Shown: positions 22,487 to 35,052, counted from the stretch's first letter. The stretch is DNA of 64,000 nt from Paramoeba atlantica (GCA_977017575.1 CDRNVI010000063.1:372001-436000), one strand, 5' to 3'. The notes: generated by a model not told the origin, from the sequence alone. Translations and numbers: made by a program.

Positions 22487-25400
22487 TTGAACACCGGTCT
22501 GCGCAACGAACTCGTGACCCTCTACGAAACTCACTCCGGAAACAGCTTTGACCTAGACTGTGCCATTGGACAACTTCCCGCCGGTATCTCTGTGAGCGCA
22601 GCGCTTCAATGCGCTTCCCAATCTAGCACGATCCCTGGCCACAGGACCGCAGTCTTTAGCCATCCCAAGGGACGCACTCTTATCGTCATCCCCAAGACCA
22701 CACCCCCCGACCGGTATCCCTTCGCCCTTTGCAACCAAATCGGGATCGACACGGAATTTGCCTCTGCCTGGAGAGAGATTCCTTCCCCGGACGGGCCGCT
22801 TTGGTGTTACGCCCCAGCCGAAGGCCTGATTGCCAAATCTGGATGGAGTAAAACGCAGATAGATCTCGGTCTTATGCGAGGGGGGGTGGAGTGGAACCCG
22901 GGCCCTCGAAACCCTTGTCTACACTTGTTCAGATTTAAAATTTCCCCGAAGACACAGAACACTTTGCTCCCCCAAGCGCTACGCAATCAAATTTCCTTTT
23001 TTCCCTCCCCGTCGCTCTCCTCCGAAACGGGATGGAGCCGAATGTGCATGAAAACTGAACTTTTTCGGGGCGGGGTGGAACAAAACCCAGGACCCAACAC
23101 CTCGTACTCGGCTAAACGATCACTTCTCCTTCAAGCTACCGACCGTTCAGCAACCCCCTTTTCCAGCTGGCATCAAGACGAAACCCGGGAATGTCCTGCC
23201 GAAGGCTGTTCCTGGAAAACGACTTCTCACAGCGGCCATTGGAAGGCCTTTTTCAACCACGTAGCGACTCGACACGGTGAAACTATCCCGGAAGATTGGT
23301 GGACCTTGCAGGGACGCTTCCTTTGCACCTCATGCGGACGAAACTATGATTTGGGAAAAAAAGACTCCCACCCAGGTACGTGCAGAGTAATCGATCTCGA
23401 CTCCCGCCCTACCATACATCCCCCTGGTACACCATCGGACACTTCCAGTTTCCCCGACGAAAATGCGGTTCCCATCCCGACGCAGGAAATAGAAGCCCCG
23501 GCCGTGCTGCCTTCCCTCGCTGAAATATGCTCTATCCCCATCAACACCTCCAAAAATGTCCCAGCTCGATGCCGCCAGCAATGGGCAGTTGTTCTCACCG
23601 GGGCTCTGTACGAGGTTGTGAATGACAACACAACCACTTCCTGGACGCTACTTGCAATGCTGCCAAAATGCGTGCTCCCCGCTCCCTATCGAGGAGGGCG
23701 GAAAGGGTTTACATCCTACACTAACTTCGTCAAACAGCGTTTACAACTTTGGCAAGCTCGTGATTTTTCCACCCCCTGGAGAGATGCTGTCAATGGCCTC
23801 CAAAAGAAGCGCTCGATGCGCACCCGGGAAGGAATCGACGAAGAGACCCGGTCAGCCGTCCGTGCGGAACTCCTGGCACGACAAGGCGAATTTTCCAGAG
23901 CCATGACTGCGCTAACTGCATCACCTTTAGCACCAAATTCGCCCGAAACACTGTCCAAGCTGCAGGACAAGCACCCCAGTCGTCTCCCGCCGCCTACTTT
24001 CACCCCAACTTTCACTCCAGAGAAATCACATAGCCCCCCCCTACAGCTCTCAGAAAAAGAAGTCGAGACCGCGATTAAAGCTTTTCACCGAGGTTCGTCG
24101 GGAGGTGCCATGGGACTTCGACCAGAACATCTCCGGGAGGCCCTTCTGGTGAATGCCGACTCTAGAGCTAAACCCTTAGCAGCCATCACTGAACTCGTAA
24201 ATCTTCTAGCTGGGAAGGCAAATCCCGATTGTCAACAGTTTTTCGCAGGTGCCCGCCTGTGCGCGCTCCAGAAAGGCGCACACGGCGTTCGCCCCATAGC
24301 CGTCGGGGAAACGATCCGCCGCCTCGCCAGCAAAGGGGCCTGTGCCGCGGTAAAATCTAAAGCACGCTCTCTTTTCCAGGGACAACAGTTCGGAGTAGCC
24401 ACCGCAGCGGGCTCGGAAAGAATCATACACCTCTGTAGGCGAACAATGGCTGCACACGCCGACGATCCCGACTTTGCTCTAGCGAAGATAGACTTATCCA
24501 ACGCCTTCAACAACGTATCCAGAACTGCCTTTCTTTCATTGACACTCCAACACTTTCCTGACCTGTACAATTGGGTCGAATGGTGCTATGAAACCGAAAG
24601 CTATCTTACATACGGATCGCAGACCATCCCTTCCGCTGAAGGGGTGCAACAGGGGGGCCCCCTTGGACCTCTTTTATTCTCTCTGGTTATACAATACTTA
24701 GCGACATCAGTCATTAATGAGCTCCCTGAAGAACTCCCCCTCCACGTCTGGTACCTCGACGACGGGGTACTGGCCGGCAAAGCTTCGCTGATCCGGCGTG
24801 CCCTCGACGTTATAGCGCACGAAGGAAAACAGTTTGGTCTCTTTCTAAACTCAACGAAATGCGAAATAGTGTTGAGCTCCTCCTCCGCGAGCTCCGCCAC
24901 TTTATTTCCGGACATCCCCAGTGCAAGGATCCACCTCGACGGCAACTTTGACATCCTTGGGAGCCCAGTAGGGTCAGAGCCGCATTGTTATGAGTTCCTC
25001 TCCAAGCAAGCGCTGGAACCCGCACAAGCCTCCCTGAGGGCTATAAAGAAAGTCACGGACCCCCAAGTCGCCCTATCCCTGATACGGCAATGTTCCGGTT
25101 TCTGCCAGCTAGTCTTCTCCCTTCGTACTACACCCCCACTATTCCTTTCAGAGCTTTGTTCGCGACTCGACGCCTCGGTCCTCCAAGCTCTCGAAGACGC
25201 CATATGCACGCTAAACCCTTGTAGTCGAGCTCAAGCTCAGCGTAAAAAACGACACGGAGGTTTTGGGTTACACTCAACTTCCCTCCATGCATGCGCCGCT
25301 TACGTTACCTCCGTAGCCTTCGCCGCGCAACAAGATCACTGGGGCCCGGCAGAAGCAGACGGCTTCTGCGAGGCTGCGTCACGCGTTAACTTCTTAGCGG

Positions 25401-26230
25401 GTTCTCCCATCATCAACTCCGTCACGGGCCAGCTCCTACAGCCCTCGGACCCCGACCTTCCCTCTATTGGCCCCAAGTCGCCCAGACAACATGAACTCAC
25501 CAAAGCTATCGCGGCCCATGAATTTCACCTCGCATACAACGTCGCTGACGCACACAAACGAGTAAGATGGATTTCGCAGTCCGGAGAGGGTGCATCAAAC
25601 TGGCTGTTTGCCTTACCGTCGAAGGAGATGGGGTACGCCTTTACGCCCACGGAGTTTCGTGCACTGGCCCGCTGGTGGTTGGGGGCTGACGTGTACCACG
25701 AATCCCGGCCATGCCCCATGGACAAATGTCCTCAGCCCCTGGGAACAGATGGGAGTCACTCCCTTGTCTGCAAGAGCGGTTACGGGTTAATTTCCCGTCA
25801 CAACGCGCTTGCAGAACATTTCTGCGACGTGTGCAGCAAGGCACACCTCGCCCCACAGCGAGAAAAGAGCCTGGAGAACTACAGCCCGGGTGGCGGCCTT
25901 ACCAGGCCCGCGGACATTTTCCTGCCGAACTTTGGCTTGGCGACCTCTCCGGTGTTAGACTTCTGTGTGACACACGTTCAGCAGACCAATTATACGGACA
26001 TGGTCCGAGGTGCTAACGTGGGAAAAGCAGGATGTTTCGCCGAGAGGTACGCCTCCGAGCACAAAAGTTCGGAGCGTCTGGAGGCGGAGTCCGCGGGGCA
26101 CAAATTCACCGCAATGGCGGTGGAGTCCTTCGGATCCTGGTCCGACAGTGCCATGGGCATCTTGCGCCAGGTGGCTCTGCAGCATCCCAGGGAACCCTCT
26201 CTCGCTTCAAAGCTTCCTTTCGGCTCCTGA
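22487..26230 (+). CDS. F1 polyprotein with two 2A-like motifs, two zinc fingers, RT and RLE (5'-truncated, late frameshift)
   Basis: GGVEWNPGP, GGVEQNPGP, CPAEGC..H..H, KIDLSNAFN, WYLDDG, RPADI..DFCVTH; ORF open up to the preceding A-tail. Confidence 0.85.
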   Translation: MNTGLRNELVTLYETHSGNSFDLDCAIGQLPAGISVSAALQCASQSSTIPGHRTAVFSHPKGRTLIVIPKTTPPDRYPFALCNQIGIDTEFASAWREIPSPDGPLWCYAPAEGLIAKSGWSKTQIDLGLMRGGVEWNPGPRNPCLHLFRFKISPKTQNTLLPQALRNQISFFPSPSLSSETGWSRMCMKTELFRGGVEQNPGPNTSYSAKRSLLLQATDRSATPFSSWHQDETRECPAEGCSWKTTSHSGHWKAFFNHVATRHGETIPEDWWTLQGRFLCTSCGRNYDLGKKDSHPGTCRVIDLDSRPTIHPPGTPSDTSSFPDENAVPIPTQEIEAPAVLPSLAEICSIPINTSKNVPARCRQQWAVVLTGALYEVVNDNTTTSWTLLAMLPKCVLPAPYRGGRKGFTSYTNFVKQRLQLWQARDFSTPWRDAVNGLQKKRSMRTREGIDEETRSAVRAELLARQGEFSRAMTALTASPLAPNSPETLSKLQDKHPSRLPPPTFTPTFTPEKSHSPPLQLSEKEVETAIKAFHRGSSGGAMGLRPEHLREALLVNADSRAKPLAAITELVNLLAGKANPDCQQFFAGARLCALQKGAHGVRPIAVGETIRRLASKGACAAVKSKARSLFQGQQFGVATAAGSERIIHLCRRTMAAHADDPDFALAKIDLSNAFNNVSRTAFLSLTLQHFPDLYNWVEWCYETESYLTYGSQTIPSAEGVQQGGPLGPLLFSLVIQYLATSVINELPEELPLHVWYLDDGVLAGKASLIRRALDVIAHEGKQFGLFLNSTKCEIVLSSSSASSATLFPDIPSARIHLDGNFDILGSPVGSEPHCYEFLSKQALEPAQASLRAIKKVTDPQVALSLIRQCSGFCQLVFSLRTTPPLFLSELCSRLDASVLQALEDAICTLNPCSRAQAQRKKRHGGFGLHSTSLHACAAYVTSVAFAAQQDHWGPAEADGFCEAASRVNFLAGSPIINSVTGQLLQPSDPDLPSIGPKSPRQHELTKAIAAHEFHLAYNVADAHKRVRWISQSGEGASNWLFALPSKEMGYAFTPTEFRALARWWLGADVYHESRPCPMDKCPQPLGTDGSHSLVCKSGYGLISRHNALAEHFCDVCSKAHLAPQREKSLENYSPGGGLTRPADIFLPNFGLATSPVLDFCVTHVQQTNYTDMVRGANVGKAGCFAERYASEHKSSERLEAESAGHKFTAMAVESFGSWSDSAMGILRQVALQHPREPSLASKLPFGS
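22844..23095 (+). other. Two tandem 2A/StopGo-like peptides
   Basis: SGWSKTQIDLGLMRGGVEWNPGP (core 22880-22906) and TGWSRMCMKTELFRGGVEQNPGP (core 23069-23095). Confidence 0.65.
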
Positions 26231-26383
26231 CCGAAATGAACGTCACGTTGATGAGGGCCCAGGCGGGCATGCTAGTTAATGCTAGTTAATCGCATGCCCG
26301 CAGAAGATTTGTATCCGCCATTACGCACGTAATGGCGAGGAAAGTAGGGAAAGTTCGAAGTTGAAAGTTGTAAAAAAAAAAAA

Positions 26384-29079
26384 GGAAACAGGAGTAGCTC
26401 CTGTGATTTTGCCTCTCGCCCCCGTTCGCCGCAGGAAAAAGACAGCGCCTGTTGCCCCAAAGTCTCCTCCAACCATCGCTGTCGTGGGGACGCATCCGAC
26501 CGCTTCGCCCTCAAAGAGGTCTCCACCCCCCGCACCATCGACGCCATCGCCACCTCGGGCACCCTCACCTCCGCCGTCTGCGCCGACGCCTCCGCCATCT
26601 CCGCGATCTTCGTTGCCTCCTACACCGCTCGCATTTCGAGGGCCGACGACCCTTCCTCCGACTGAAGCGCGTTCGCCGTCGCCACCTCCGCCCCTCACAT
26701 TGCGGGAGCCGTCGTCCCCCCAAACGAATACACCGCGATCGGACCCGGTGTTACCACCACCATTGCCGTCTCCGACACCACTACCCTTGCCGCTTTCTAC
26801 TTTTTTCGGCACCACCATGACAAGACTTCCCCCTCTGCGGTCCCTTAAGAAAGCACGCAACAAGGGAGTAGGTCTAACCGAGAAGGCCGACCATGTAATA
26901 GGATCACGTAAGTCTAAAGTAAGTGAAAAATCGTTAAAGGTCAAAATTAAAAGCACTTACAACGGAGAGCCTTCCGCTAAGTGTGAGGCCCTAAAAAATG
27001 CAGGATGCAGCGAGAGCTCTGGCAACCAACGCGTTACGAGAAGTGGCGCTGAAAATTCACAAGGAGTTAAGATTAGTGAGTCGCAATCAGGGATAAGCAA
27101 GGTCAAGCCAAAGAAAACAGCCAGAATCAGAGTAATCACTCACACGGACCCCGCGTTATCTTCGACTTGGGCTGACCACAAAGTCTATGAGAATCTTTCA
27201 GTCGAACGCCGCAATCCCAACATTATCAAATTAAAAGGAATGAAGTATGGTCAGATAGGTCGAGATCCAGCTGATTTTGAGGTTTCCCAGCCAGATGCAT
27301 TGTCCGAGGCAGATTCCGAGTTGATATCTCTGAAAAGTGATGGTGGCATTGATATTGACGACGCGGAATGCATCCAGGATTCTGATATCATGTCATTGGA
27401 CGAAAGAGATGAACAGAGCACGTTCGCCAAAGCTCCTGATCGAGTCTACAAAATTATGTCGGAATGGGGAAAAGGCTCGACGTGCGAGGTTCAGTGGAGT
27501 TTTCGACGCAACGATACAAAGTTCCATTCCATTGGCGAAGTTGTTAAGAGAACGTCACGGCGAGGAAAAGTGAAGATCCAAATCTCGTATAAACCGGAAG
27601 GCGGCCATGAAGGACCATCAGGATTACTTTATCTTCCACAGTCAGAAAAAATTCGAATCTGGTCGCTTCGTGCCTTGAAAGAAAACAAAGTTTCTGTGTC
27701 AACTTATCAGCCCAAAGATGAAGTGGAAGAAACATGTTTTGAAAATGCCCAGAATCTGGACCTGGATCCGCTTCCGCAGTTGGCCCAGATTGATCCATCT
27801 TTCGCTGTCCATGTCGTGGCAATTTTCCGCTCCATCGTACGCGAGTATCCTAAGGCACAAATGGAATCCGAGAAAACAACCATATGGCATAAGCTTCTAA
27901 ATGCACCACGTGACTCACTGGCGACGGTACGTCAAAAGCTCCAGAGAAGCCAAAGCAGCGTAAGAACGCTCAAGCGAAAAGATTTGTTGCCGCAAGAAGA
28001 AACCCTCAGTGAGGAGCAACGTCTGGAGTTGGACGTAGACCGCCGTTCCATCAGAAATGCATTGCAAACTGCAAAAGCTGGGAATTTAGGCAAAGCTACA
28101 CGTATTCTAGACAACGTGTATCGCGATTCCTCAGTACAGCCAGAAGAGAAAGCGTCGAAACTGAAAGAGCTCCACCCGACAGGTCCCCCACCTCAGTTCC
28201 TAGATGACGATTTTCCGCGAACTGCCATTGTTGAGCCGTCCGAACTGCGCCTTGCCACGGAGAAACTGTCGAAGGGAGCTTCACCTGGGCCGACAGGTTT
28301 TAGTGAGAGTATGATGCGACTTTTGATAGACGACGAAGAAACGTGTTTGGCACTTTGTCATATGTTTCGAGACATCATAAATGGTGATGTGACAGAAAGT
28401 ATCCGGGAACGCTTAACCCGATGTCGAATTATAGCTCTTGCTAAATCGAACAATGGCATCCGACCCGTAGCCATGGGGCGCAAAATTCTTAAAATATGCG
28501 GATCAATCCTCTTGGAAAGACATGGGAGCACATTGAAACCTCTTTTTCAACCACTTCAGCGAGGTATCCTACAGCAGAATGCATGTGAATCCATAGTGCA
28601 CGAGCTTATGAAGGAGTATGAAGAAGGTTACACGATGCTAACGGTGGACTTTAAGAACGCTTACAACACTCCACATCGCCCCGCAATAGCAAATGCGCTC
28701 ATTCAGAAACCGATCTTCAAGCACTTTATGAGGCTCTTCTACTTGGAATACGGAAAACCGTCTGAACTTCTCTTCTTCGCCAACAATTCTCTTCACACAG
28801 TCATAGAAAGTTCGTCCGGGGTTCGTCAAGGTTCCGCGCTCTCCTCCCTGTATTTCTGCGTCTTGCTGCAAGGACCGCTATTAAAAGTTGCCAATCTGTA
28901 CCCGGAAGTTCATGTCAGGGCCTATCAAGATGACGTCACCATGAGCTCTAAAAATCCCACTTCGCTTGAAGCAGCCTTTCTACACTTAAGAGAACTCACA
29001 CAGGATATCAACCTTCAGATAAACTTCAACAAATGTGAATGGTTCCAGAAGACAAGTGAGCTAACAGGCAATTCTGCTT
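26384..29079 (+). pseudogene. F2 element, N-terminus through RT, cut by a YR-element left end
   Basis: Pro-rich N-terminus, IRPVAMG, VDFKNAYNTP, RQGSALSSLYF, AYQDD; breaks at A start 29080. Confidence 0.88.
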
Positions 29080-32003
29080 TTAAAGTTTACGATAAGAATT
29101 GATCAAAGGAGATCAAAAGAACAAAACGGCGGTGAAGCGCGACTTAGCATGTGGATTTTGGCAAGTGGTTATTCCTTTAACATGTAGAGAGAAGTTTCGA
29201 TTTAAGGATGCGAAAGGCGATTTGTTTGAAATGAATGCAATGCCTATGGGGCATCGGTGTGCACCCGAAATTATGCATGTACTAACAGCGACGCTGGCAG
29301 GGGATAAGCAATTTTGTACCGCGGATGCCGCGTTTTCTTCAGATAATGCCGAAGTTTATATAGATGGTATCCGTTTTGCGGGGAGCGAAGTGATCGCTGA
29401 ACAATACGTCAGGTTCGTAGACAACCGGGCTAGGGAAGTCAATGCGCGTTTTAAGGATGCCGGAGCCCCTCCATCGCAGACCTACACGTTTAATGGTATC
29501 ACGTATCACCATGGCCTAGGAAAGGTATCGTTAGGTCCAAAATTAACGCGCCGTCTAACGCAGGACGATTTTGCTACAGCAACGGGGTACGTCTCTACTT
29601 CGTTGAATATTCAACGAACCGCCGGCGGTTCTTTACCTTACCTTTCTTTAGACCTTACGCCCCCTGAAAAGTTGAAAAGTTGGGTAGGGGAAAGCAGGAA
29701 AGTAGGGAGAAAGGTGGGAAAAGTATGTCAAGAGGTGAGAAAGAGGAGAAAGAGAGAGAAAAATTTTCTTTATTTGCAAAAAAAAAAAGTAGTTCTAGCA
29801 TATAGTTCATATTATATCTATATCTCTATATAAACCCCGCGTCATGAAAAGTGACCCCCCACTTTTTTTTCGTACAAGTGTCCGTTTGAGCTGATTTTTG
29901 TTGCATTTTGCAGATCTCAACACAAGGACTTTGCGCGTGAAGAAATGAAACAAAAAGAAGCGAATACGTATATTTTATTGAGGAATTACCATTTTTTCAC
30001 TTTTTCGCCTTTCAATCTTATACACTCCTTAAAGCGTGAGTCAAAGCTTAAGACCGTTTTGTCGATCACATTTTGAGACAAGCGAGACCACGCTTTGCGT
30101 ACACATCGGATGAGTGAAGGCTTATCCGATGGGGTCTGTTCGTCCACCGCCCCTTGGACCATAGACCAGACGTTTTCTATTGGGGAAAGATCTGGTGAGT
30201 TGGGGGGACAATTTTTCAGAACTTCACTCATTGCGCTTTCAATGTACTCCTTTGAGGCACGAGCAGTGTGTGCCGTTTCCCCATCTTGCTGAAAAATAGG
30301 GGGGAAATTTTTTTAGGGGGGAAATCTACCTCTTTTAATGTTTCTATGTACGTCTCACTTGTAATAGATGTGTCATTTTGTAGAATTACCAAGTACCTCC
30401 ACCCCACCCCTACAGCACCCCAAACTTGGCATCTTGGTGCCCGACGTACTTTTTGACGCGGGGCTGCTTTTTGACCGCGCCTTACCCACATTTTTCTTCT
30501 GCCATCATTCGTATCAAATGTTTTTTCGTCTGTAAAGATGACACGGGAAGTATCCATATTGTAATTCAACTCAAATTGAACTCTTTTTACTTTTTGTCGT
30601 TCGGTAAGCCCTTGGCATAGCGGTCGAGCGGCATAACTGTAATCCAGGGATGATAAGTCTCTCTGTAGAGTTCTTTTTGAAACTTGTATATTCTTCTCCT
30701 TAAATTGGGCTGCTATGCGCCTTGATGAATTGAGTCTCGGTACTCCAGCGGGGTCAAGAGGGGTTATTATCTTCTCAATTTTCGTTTTACGAGTTTTCAT
30801 TATTTTTTTTCGCTCAGGACTCAAAGTGTATACTGGGGTAGTTTTTTTTTCGTTCAAATATTTTTTAACTATCCTTCTAGAAACGTTGAAATCACGGGCT
30901 AGCTCCTTTATTGGTACTCCTTGTCCGTGCCTCATCTTTAAAAGAACCTTTCCAGTAGAAGTCAGCCCCCCTCTTGGGAGTCGATATGGTGATTTTGGCA
31001 TTTTTGAAAAAAAAGTTGAAAAAATTATTTTTTTTTTACTGAATTTTAAAGCTGAATTTTAAGGCTAAAAACAGCAGGAACGTACATATCTCAAAATTTT
31101 GAACGACAACGTGGTATGATAACCCCCCCACGACCCCCTGTGCTAAAAATAAGGTGGGGTCACTTATTGGTGACGCGGGGTTATAAATATATATATTAAA
31201 AAAAAAAAAGTTTTGTAATGGGAGGTACGTCTGGAGTAGGCACCGGATTTATCTGCCATACAAGCGATTGGGTGATTGGAGTACGTGCGAATGGGTGGTC
31301 CCCGCGTGACCCGTTCGCAAGCTGAGAGGTGAGAAGTTGTGTGATGGGACGGTTACTTTGTTTTCTTTGGTTATAGTCATGACGTCTTGTTTATGAGTTA
31401 ATTATAGTGTTTGAATATGGATTCTTGGTTTCGAACAGTAGTGTGAGCTTTTTATAGAAAGTGTATGCTTGTTAAGTTTTGAGAGTTTATTTTTGTTACC
31501 TTTCTACCATCGGATGATGAGCAATTCTTAAAGTTTACGATAAGAATTGATCAAAGGAGATGGGACGTCATTATTCAGGATGCCCCCTACCGGGGGTTTT
31601 CCCCCCGAAACAAATCTCCCTCCGAATTATTGTCCCCGAAATATAATATGATATAGTGGCGAAAGAAGATATAGTGATGATATATATTTGACATTGAATT
31701 TGAGATTTTGATTCATTTAGCGTCTGTTTGATTTATTCGCGATTAAAGTTTCCCCACCCACCAACCCCCAAACCACTCCCCGCGTGACCCGTTCGCAAGC
31801 TGAGAGGTGAGAAGTTGTGTGATGGGAAGGTTACTTTGTTTTCTTTGGTTATAGTCATGACGTCTTGTTTATGAGTTAATTATAGTGTTTGAATATGGAT
31901 TCTTGGTTTCGAACAGTAGTGTGAGCTTTATAGAAAGTGTATGCTTGTTAAGTTTTGAGAGTTTATTTTTGTTACCTTTCTACCATCGGATGATGAGCAA
32001 TTC
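29080..32003 (+). mobile_element. Internally deleted YR retrotransposon (A1 piece, RT piece, B1-A2-B2)
   Basis: A start 29080-29111 repeated at 31528; RT fragment KRDLACGFWQV..MPMGHRCAPE..YIDG; B1 31299-31527 and B2 31777-32003. Confidence 0.8.
29833..31182 (-). mobile_element. Tc1/IS630-like DNA transposon with frameshifted transposase
   Basis: TIRs AACCCCGCGTCA..AAGTGACCCC in TA-rich flanks; ORFs 30228-31001 and 29986-30300: FTDEKTF, QQDGETAH, PPNSPDLSPIENVW. Confidence 0.88.
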
Positions 32004-33790
32004 CGATAGATTCGGCTCGACATTTCCCTATGGCACCAGACCTCGTTTGGGATCAATCAAAAATGTCGAAGCGCGGTGATGGTTGCCTGGTGGCGTGGTG
32101 TTTTAGCGATTCCACACGATTAAATATCTCGAGGGGTGTGGTGAAATCAGTCAAGAAACGGGCGGGAGCCGGTAGAATAGCCATATCGTATGAAGGCGTG
32201 GAAGGGCACAAATCTGGAACCAAATTTGAGGGGTTTATTCCGCCGAATCCCAACGTGCGAATTCATTCGATACGCTGGCTTGATGAGCGAAGGAGAAACG
32301 CGGGGGAAACGAATTCCACAGAAGACAAAGACAGACATGATCTTGATCACACCGAAGCTAATTTGGACCTCGACCCAATGCCCACCTTACGGTCCGTTAG
32401 TTCCGAGTTTGTACCTTGTGTTGTCGCGATCTATCGGGATATCATGAGGGACTACGCGAGTTCCTCGTACGAGCAACGGAATCAAATTTGGAACAGAACT
32501 CTGTCGGCAATGAAACACTCTTTAGCCACAGTGCGCCACATCATTGGAAAGAAGCGTCGTCGCCGTCTAGTTGAAATTCAGGAGACGACAACTCTGAACA
32601 GTGAAGCGGAGCAAAAGGCGAGTGATTTGCGGGCTATAAAGAAAGCAACGAGACTGCTCTTGGAAGGAGCAACGAAGAAGGGAACGCGAGTATTAGATCA
32701 GGAAACTGCAACTACAACGATGACGGACGAAGGAAAATTGGACCAATTGCGAAAATTGCATCCCTTGTTGCCTATTTCATTCGCGCTTCCGACAGACGCC
32801 CCGAAGATTGCGTGCCTCCCACCGCAAGAGCTACGTGATGCAGGGAAAAGACTAGCAAAGGGATCGGCTCCCGGACCTTCGGGTACAACGGAAGCCATTG
32901 TTCGGTTGTTATTGGATGATGAGATCTGTTGTTCCAGTCTGTGTCATATGATCTGTGATCTTATCAACGGGATGCTGTCCAAAGAAGTCATGCGTAAATT
33001 GAGGAGAGCGCGTCTCGTGGCACTTCCCAAGACATCAAAATCCGTTAGGCCTGTGGCGATGGGGGAGGTCCTGTTGAAGTTGGCGGGGCTGGTCCTAATA
33101 CTTCGACATGAACACAAATTCGCGAAGCTGTTTCTTCCGATGCAACACGGGGTTATGAGGCAAGCGGGCTGTGAAACTATCGTGCACGAGCTCAATCGTC
33201 GGTACATGGAAGGACACGCCATTCTCTCTCTGGACATGAAAAACGCCTTTAACAGCCCTTCACGCGATGACATTGCGAAAGCGATTTTCGCGTTTAGCGC
33301 ACTTCGACCCTTTCAGCGACTTTTTGTTGCTGAATATGGGGAACCATCAGAGCTCCTCTTCTATGGCAAAAACGGGGAATTATTCTCCAAAGTCGAGAGT
33401 TCGGCTGGAGTGCGTCAGGGGTCGCCGTTATCAACGTTGTATTTCTGTACATTTCTTCAACCGATTCTTGAGACGATCGCGCAGGAATTCCCATCGCTTA
33501 ACATATACGCTTATGTCGATGACATCAACATCTCCTCACACGATGTGGATCTCATCGCCTCTGCATACGTCCGTCTCAAGGAGCTCCTGGAAAGTAAATC
33601 GATCCGACTTGCGCCGCAAAAATGTGTTTGGTTTGATGGATTAAACAACGTCAAACTACCCGAGAAACTAGTCAACGAAGGTGTTCAGATAGCCGAAAAA
33701 GCCGTCAAAGTTCTAGGAGCCTATGTAGGGGGATCAACCAGAATCAGCGAATTACTTCTCAACAAGCTTGAAAAACACCGGGCAATCCAA
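32004..33790 (+). pseudogene. F2 element RT region
   Basis: KGSAPGPSG, VRPVAMGE, LDMKNAFNSP, RQGSPLS, AYVDD, KVLGAYVG. Confidence 0.88.
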
Positions 33791-34700
33791 ATTCAAATTA
33801 CTTGAATTGTAAAAAACAATGCACAATTCGGAACAATCCGAATTGATATTGTTTAGCAAGTCTTCGCAAATGTCATGAGATGCTGCATGCTCGACGAAAA
33901 TTATGCTGTCTGCATCCTTGTTTTCTGAAGTGTCGGCGGGTCGCACGACGAGTGAACTTTGCTCAACAAATCTCACAGCTTCTCGGACGTCGACGTTGGG
34001 CGCGAGTGGCCGGGGTAATGCATTCACCTCGGGGGTGTCGGATTTTGTTTCTTGATTTTCTGATGTTCCGATTTCCTCTGATAAGACAACCAATCTTTCG
34101 TCGTCTGATTTTTCGAGCGGAAATTGAGGAGGGCTTGGAGGCTCGCGAGGTGGATCGGACGTTGAGTTAGAGTCTGAGAAAGTACTGTTTGCGTTCCGAG
34201 GTGTTGAGATACAATCTAAGAAGCAACGTTCAGAGCTGGGCGTTTGTGGTGTTTCCGGCAAATTTTGCAGTTCACTGTTCGGAAAAAAAGCATGCGCTGG
34301 AGCCGACGTTGTGTCGGGTGTGTCCGAAAAGATGTCAAAAGCATAAACGTCGTGTACGTACCCATTCCCGACCCATTTGTAACCTTCGAATCGTGGATCT
34401 TTCGGGTCTGGCAACATTTCCACTTCCTGTTCTTTTGCTTTCGTTTCTGTCGTCTCGGATGCTTTCGGAGTTTTCGGCATCGCTCCGCGTTCCTTTGTTT
34501 CTCGTGCTCTAACTTTGGATGGTACGACTTCAGATGCATCGTCGTGGTTCATCTTTTGCGAATTCGTCTTCACTTGTGTATCGCAGGGAATTTCACTCTC
34601 GACTATTCGGCTTTTGGAGACCCGAACACTTATTTGATTTCGGTCGTCGATTTGGTTCGGATCACCGATGGGTGAAGGGCTCCTGACCCTTCCGGTTGAC
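33790..34700 (-). pseudogene. F2-like low-complexity N-terminal fragment
   Basis: Ends in CSELCIVFYNSSNLN, resembling the start of the conserved F2 beta-domain; weak similarity elsewhere. Confidence 0.45.
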
Positions 34701-35052
34701 GATGTGAGGAGGGCCTTCGCTGCCGCCCCAATGTAAGACGTGGCAGAGTTCTATTACAAATGTATATATTATATTAAAATGTGAAGGGCACTGGTCGAGC
34801 TCCATTGTGGTCGAGCTCCGCTGGTGAGAGAGCCTCGCAAGCTCCACACACCCTAGCGTGAGTCATCCCTGGTGGTGGAACAGAATATAACGACTGATCG
34901 ACTACTTCTTTGCCCTAGGATGCGAATCCATCGGGCATTGAAGTCACGGATGACGAGTCAGGCCACGCAACCTGACAGGTATTGCTTGTCTATCTGCGAG
35001 TGCGGCATCCCTCTGGGAAAGTCTGTGCGCGACTGACAGCGTACCACCCACG

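Noticed and set aside
31770-31800. CAC-TCCCCGC-GTG as the P3/L3 of an HDV-like ribozyme at the A|B junction
   Set aside because: No P1 or P2 partner strands upstream, and P3 is lost in the B1 version
31997-32003. GCAATTC as a target-site homology core
   Set aside because: Reconstructed empty sites at 41190/46365 and 49791/52966 lack it; it is the element's own right end
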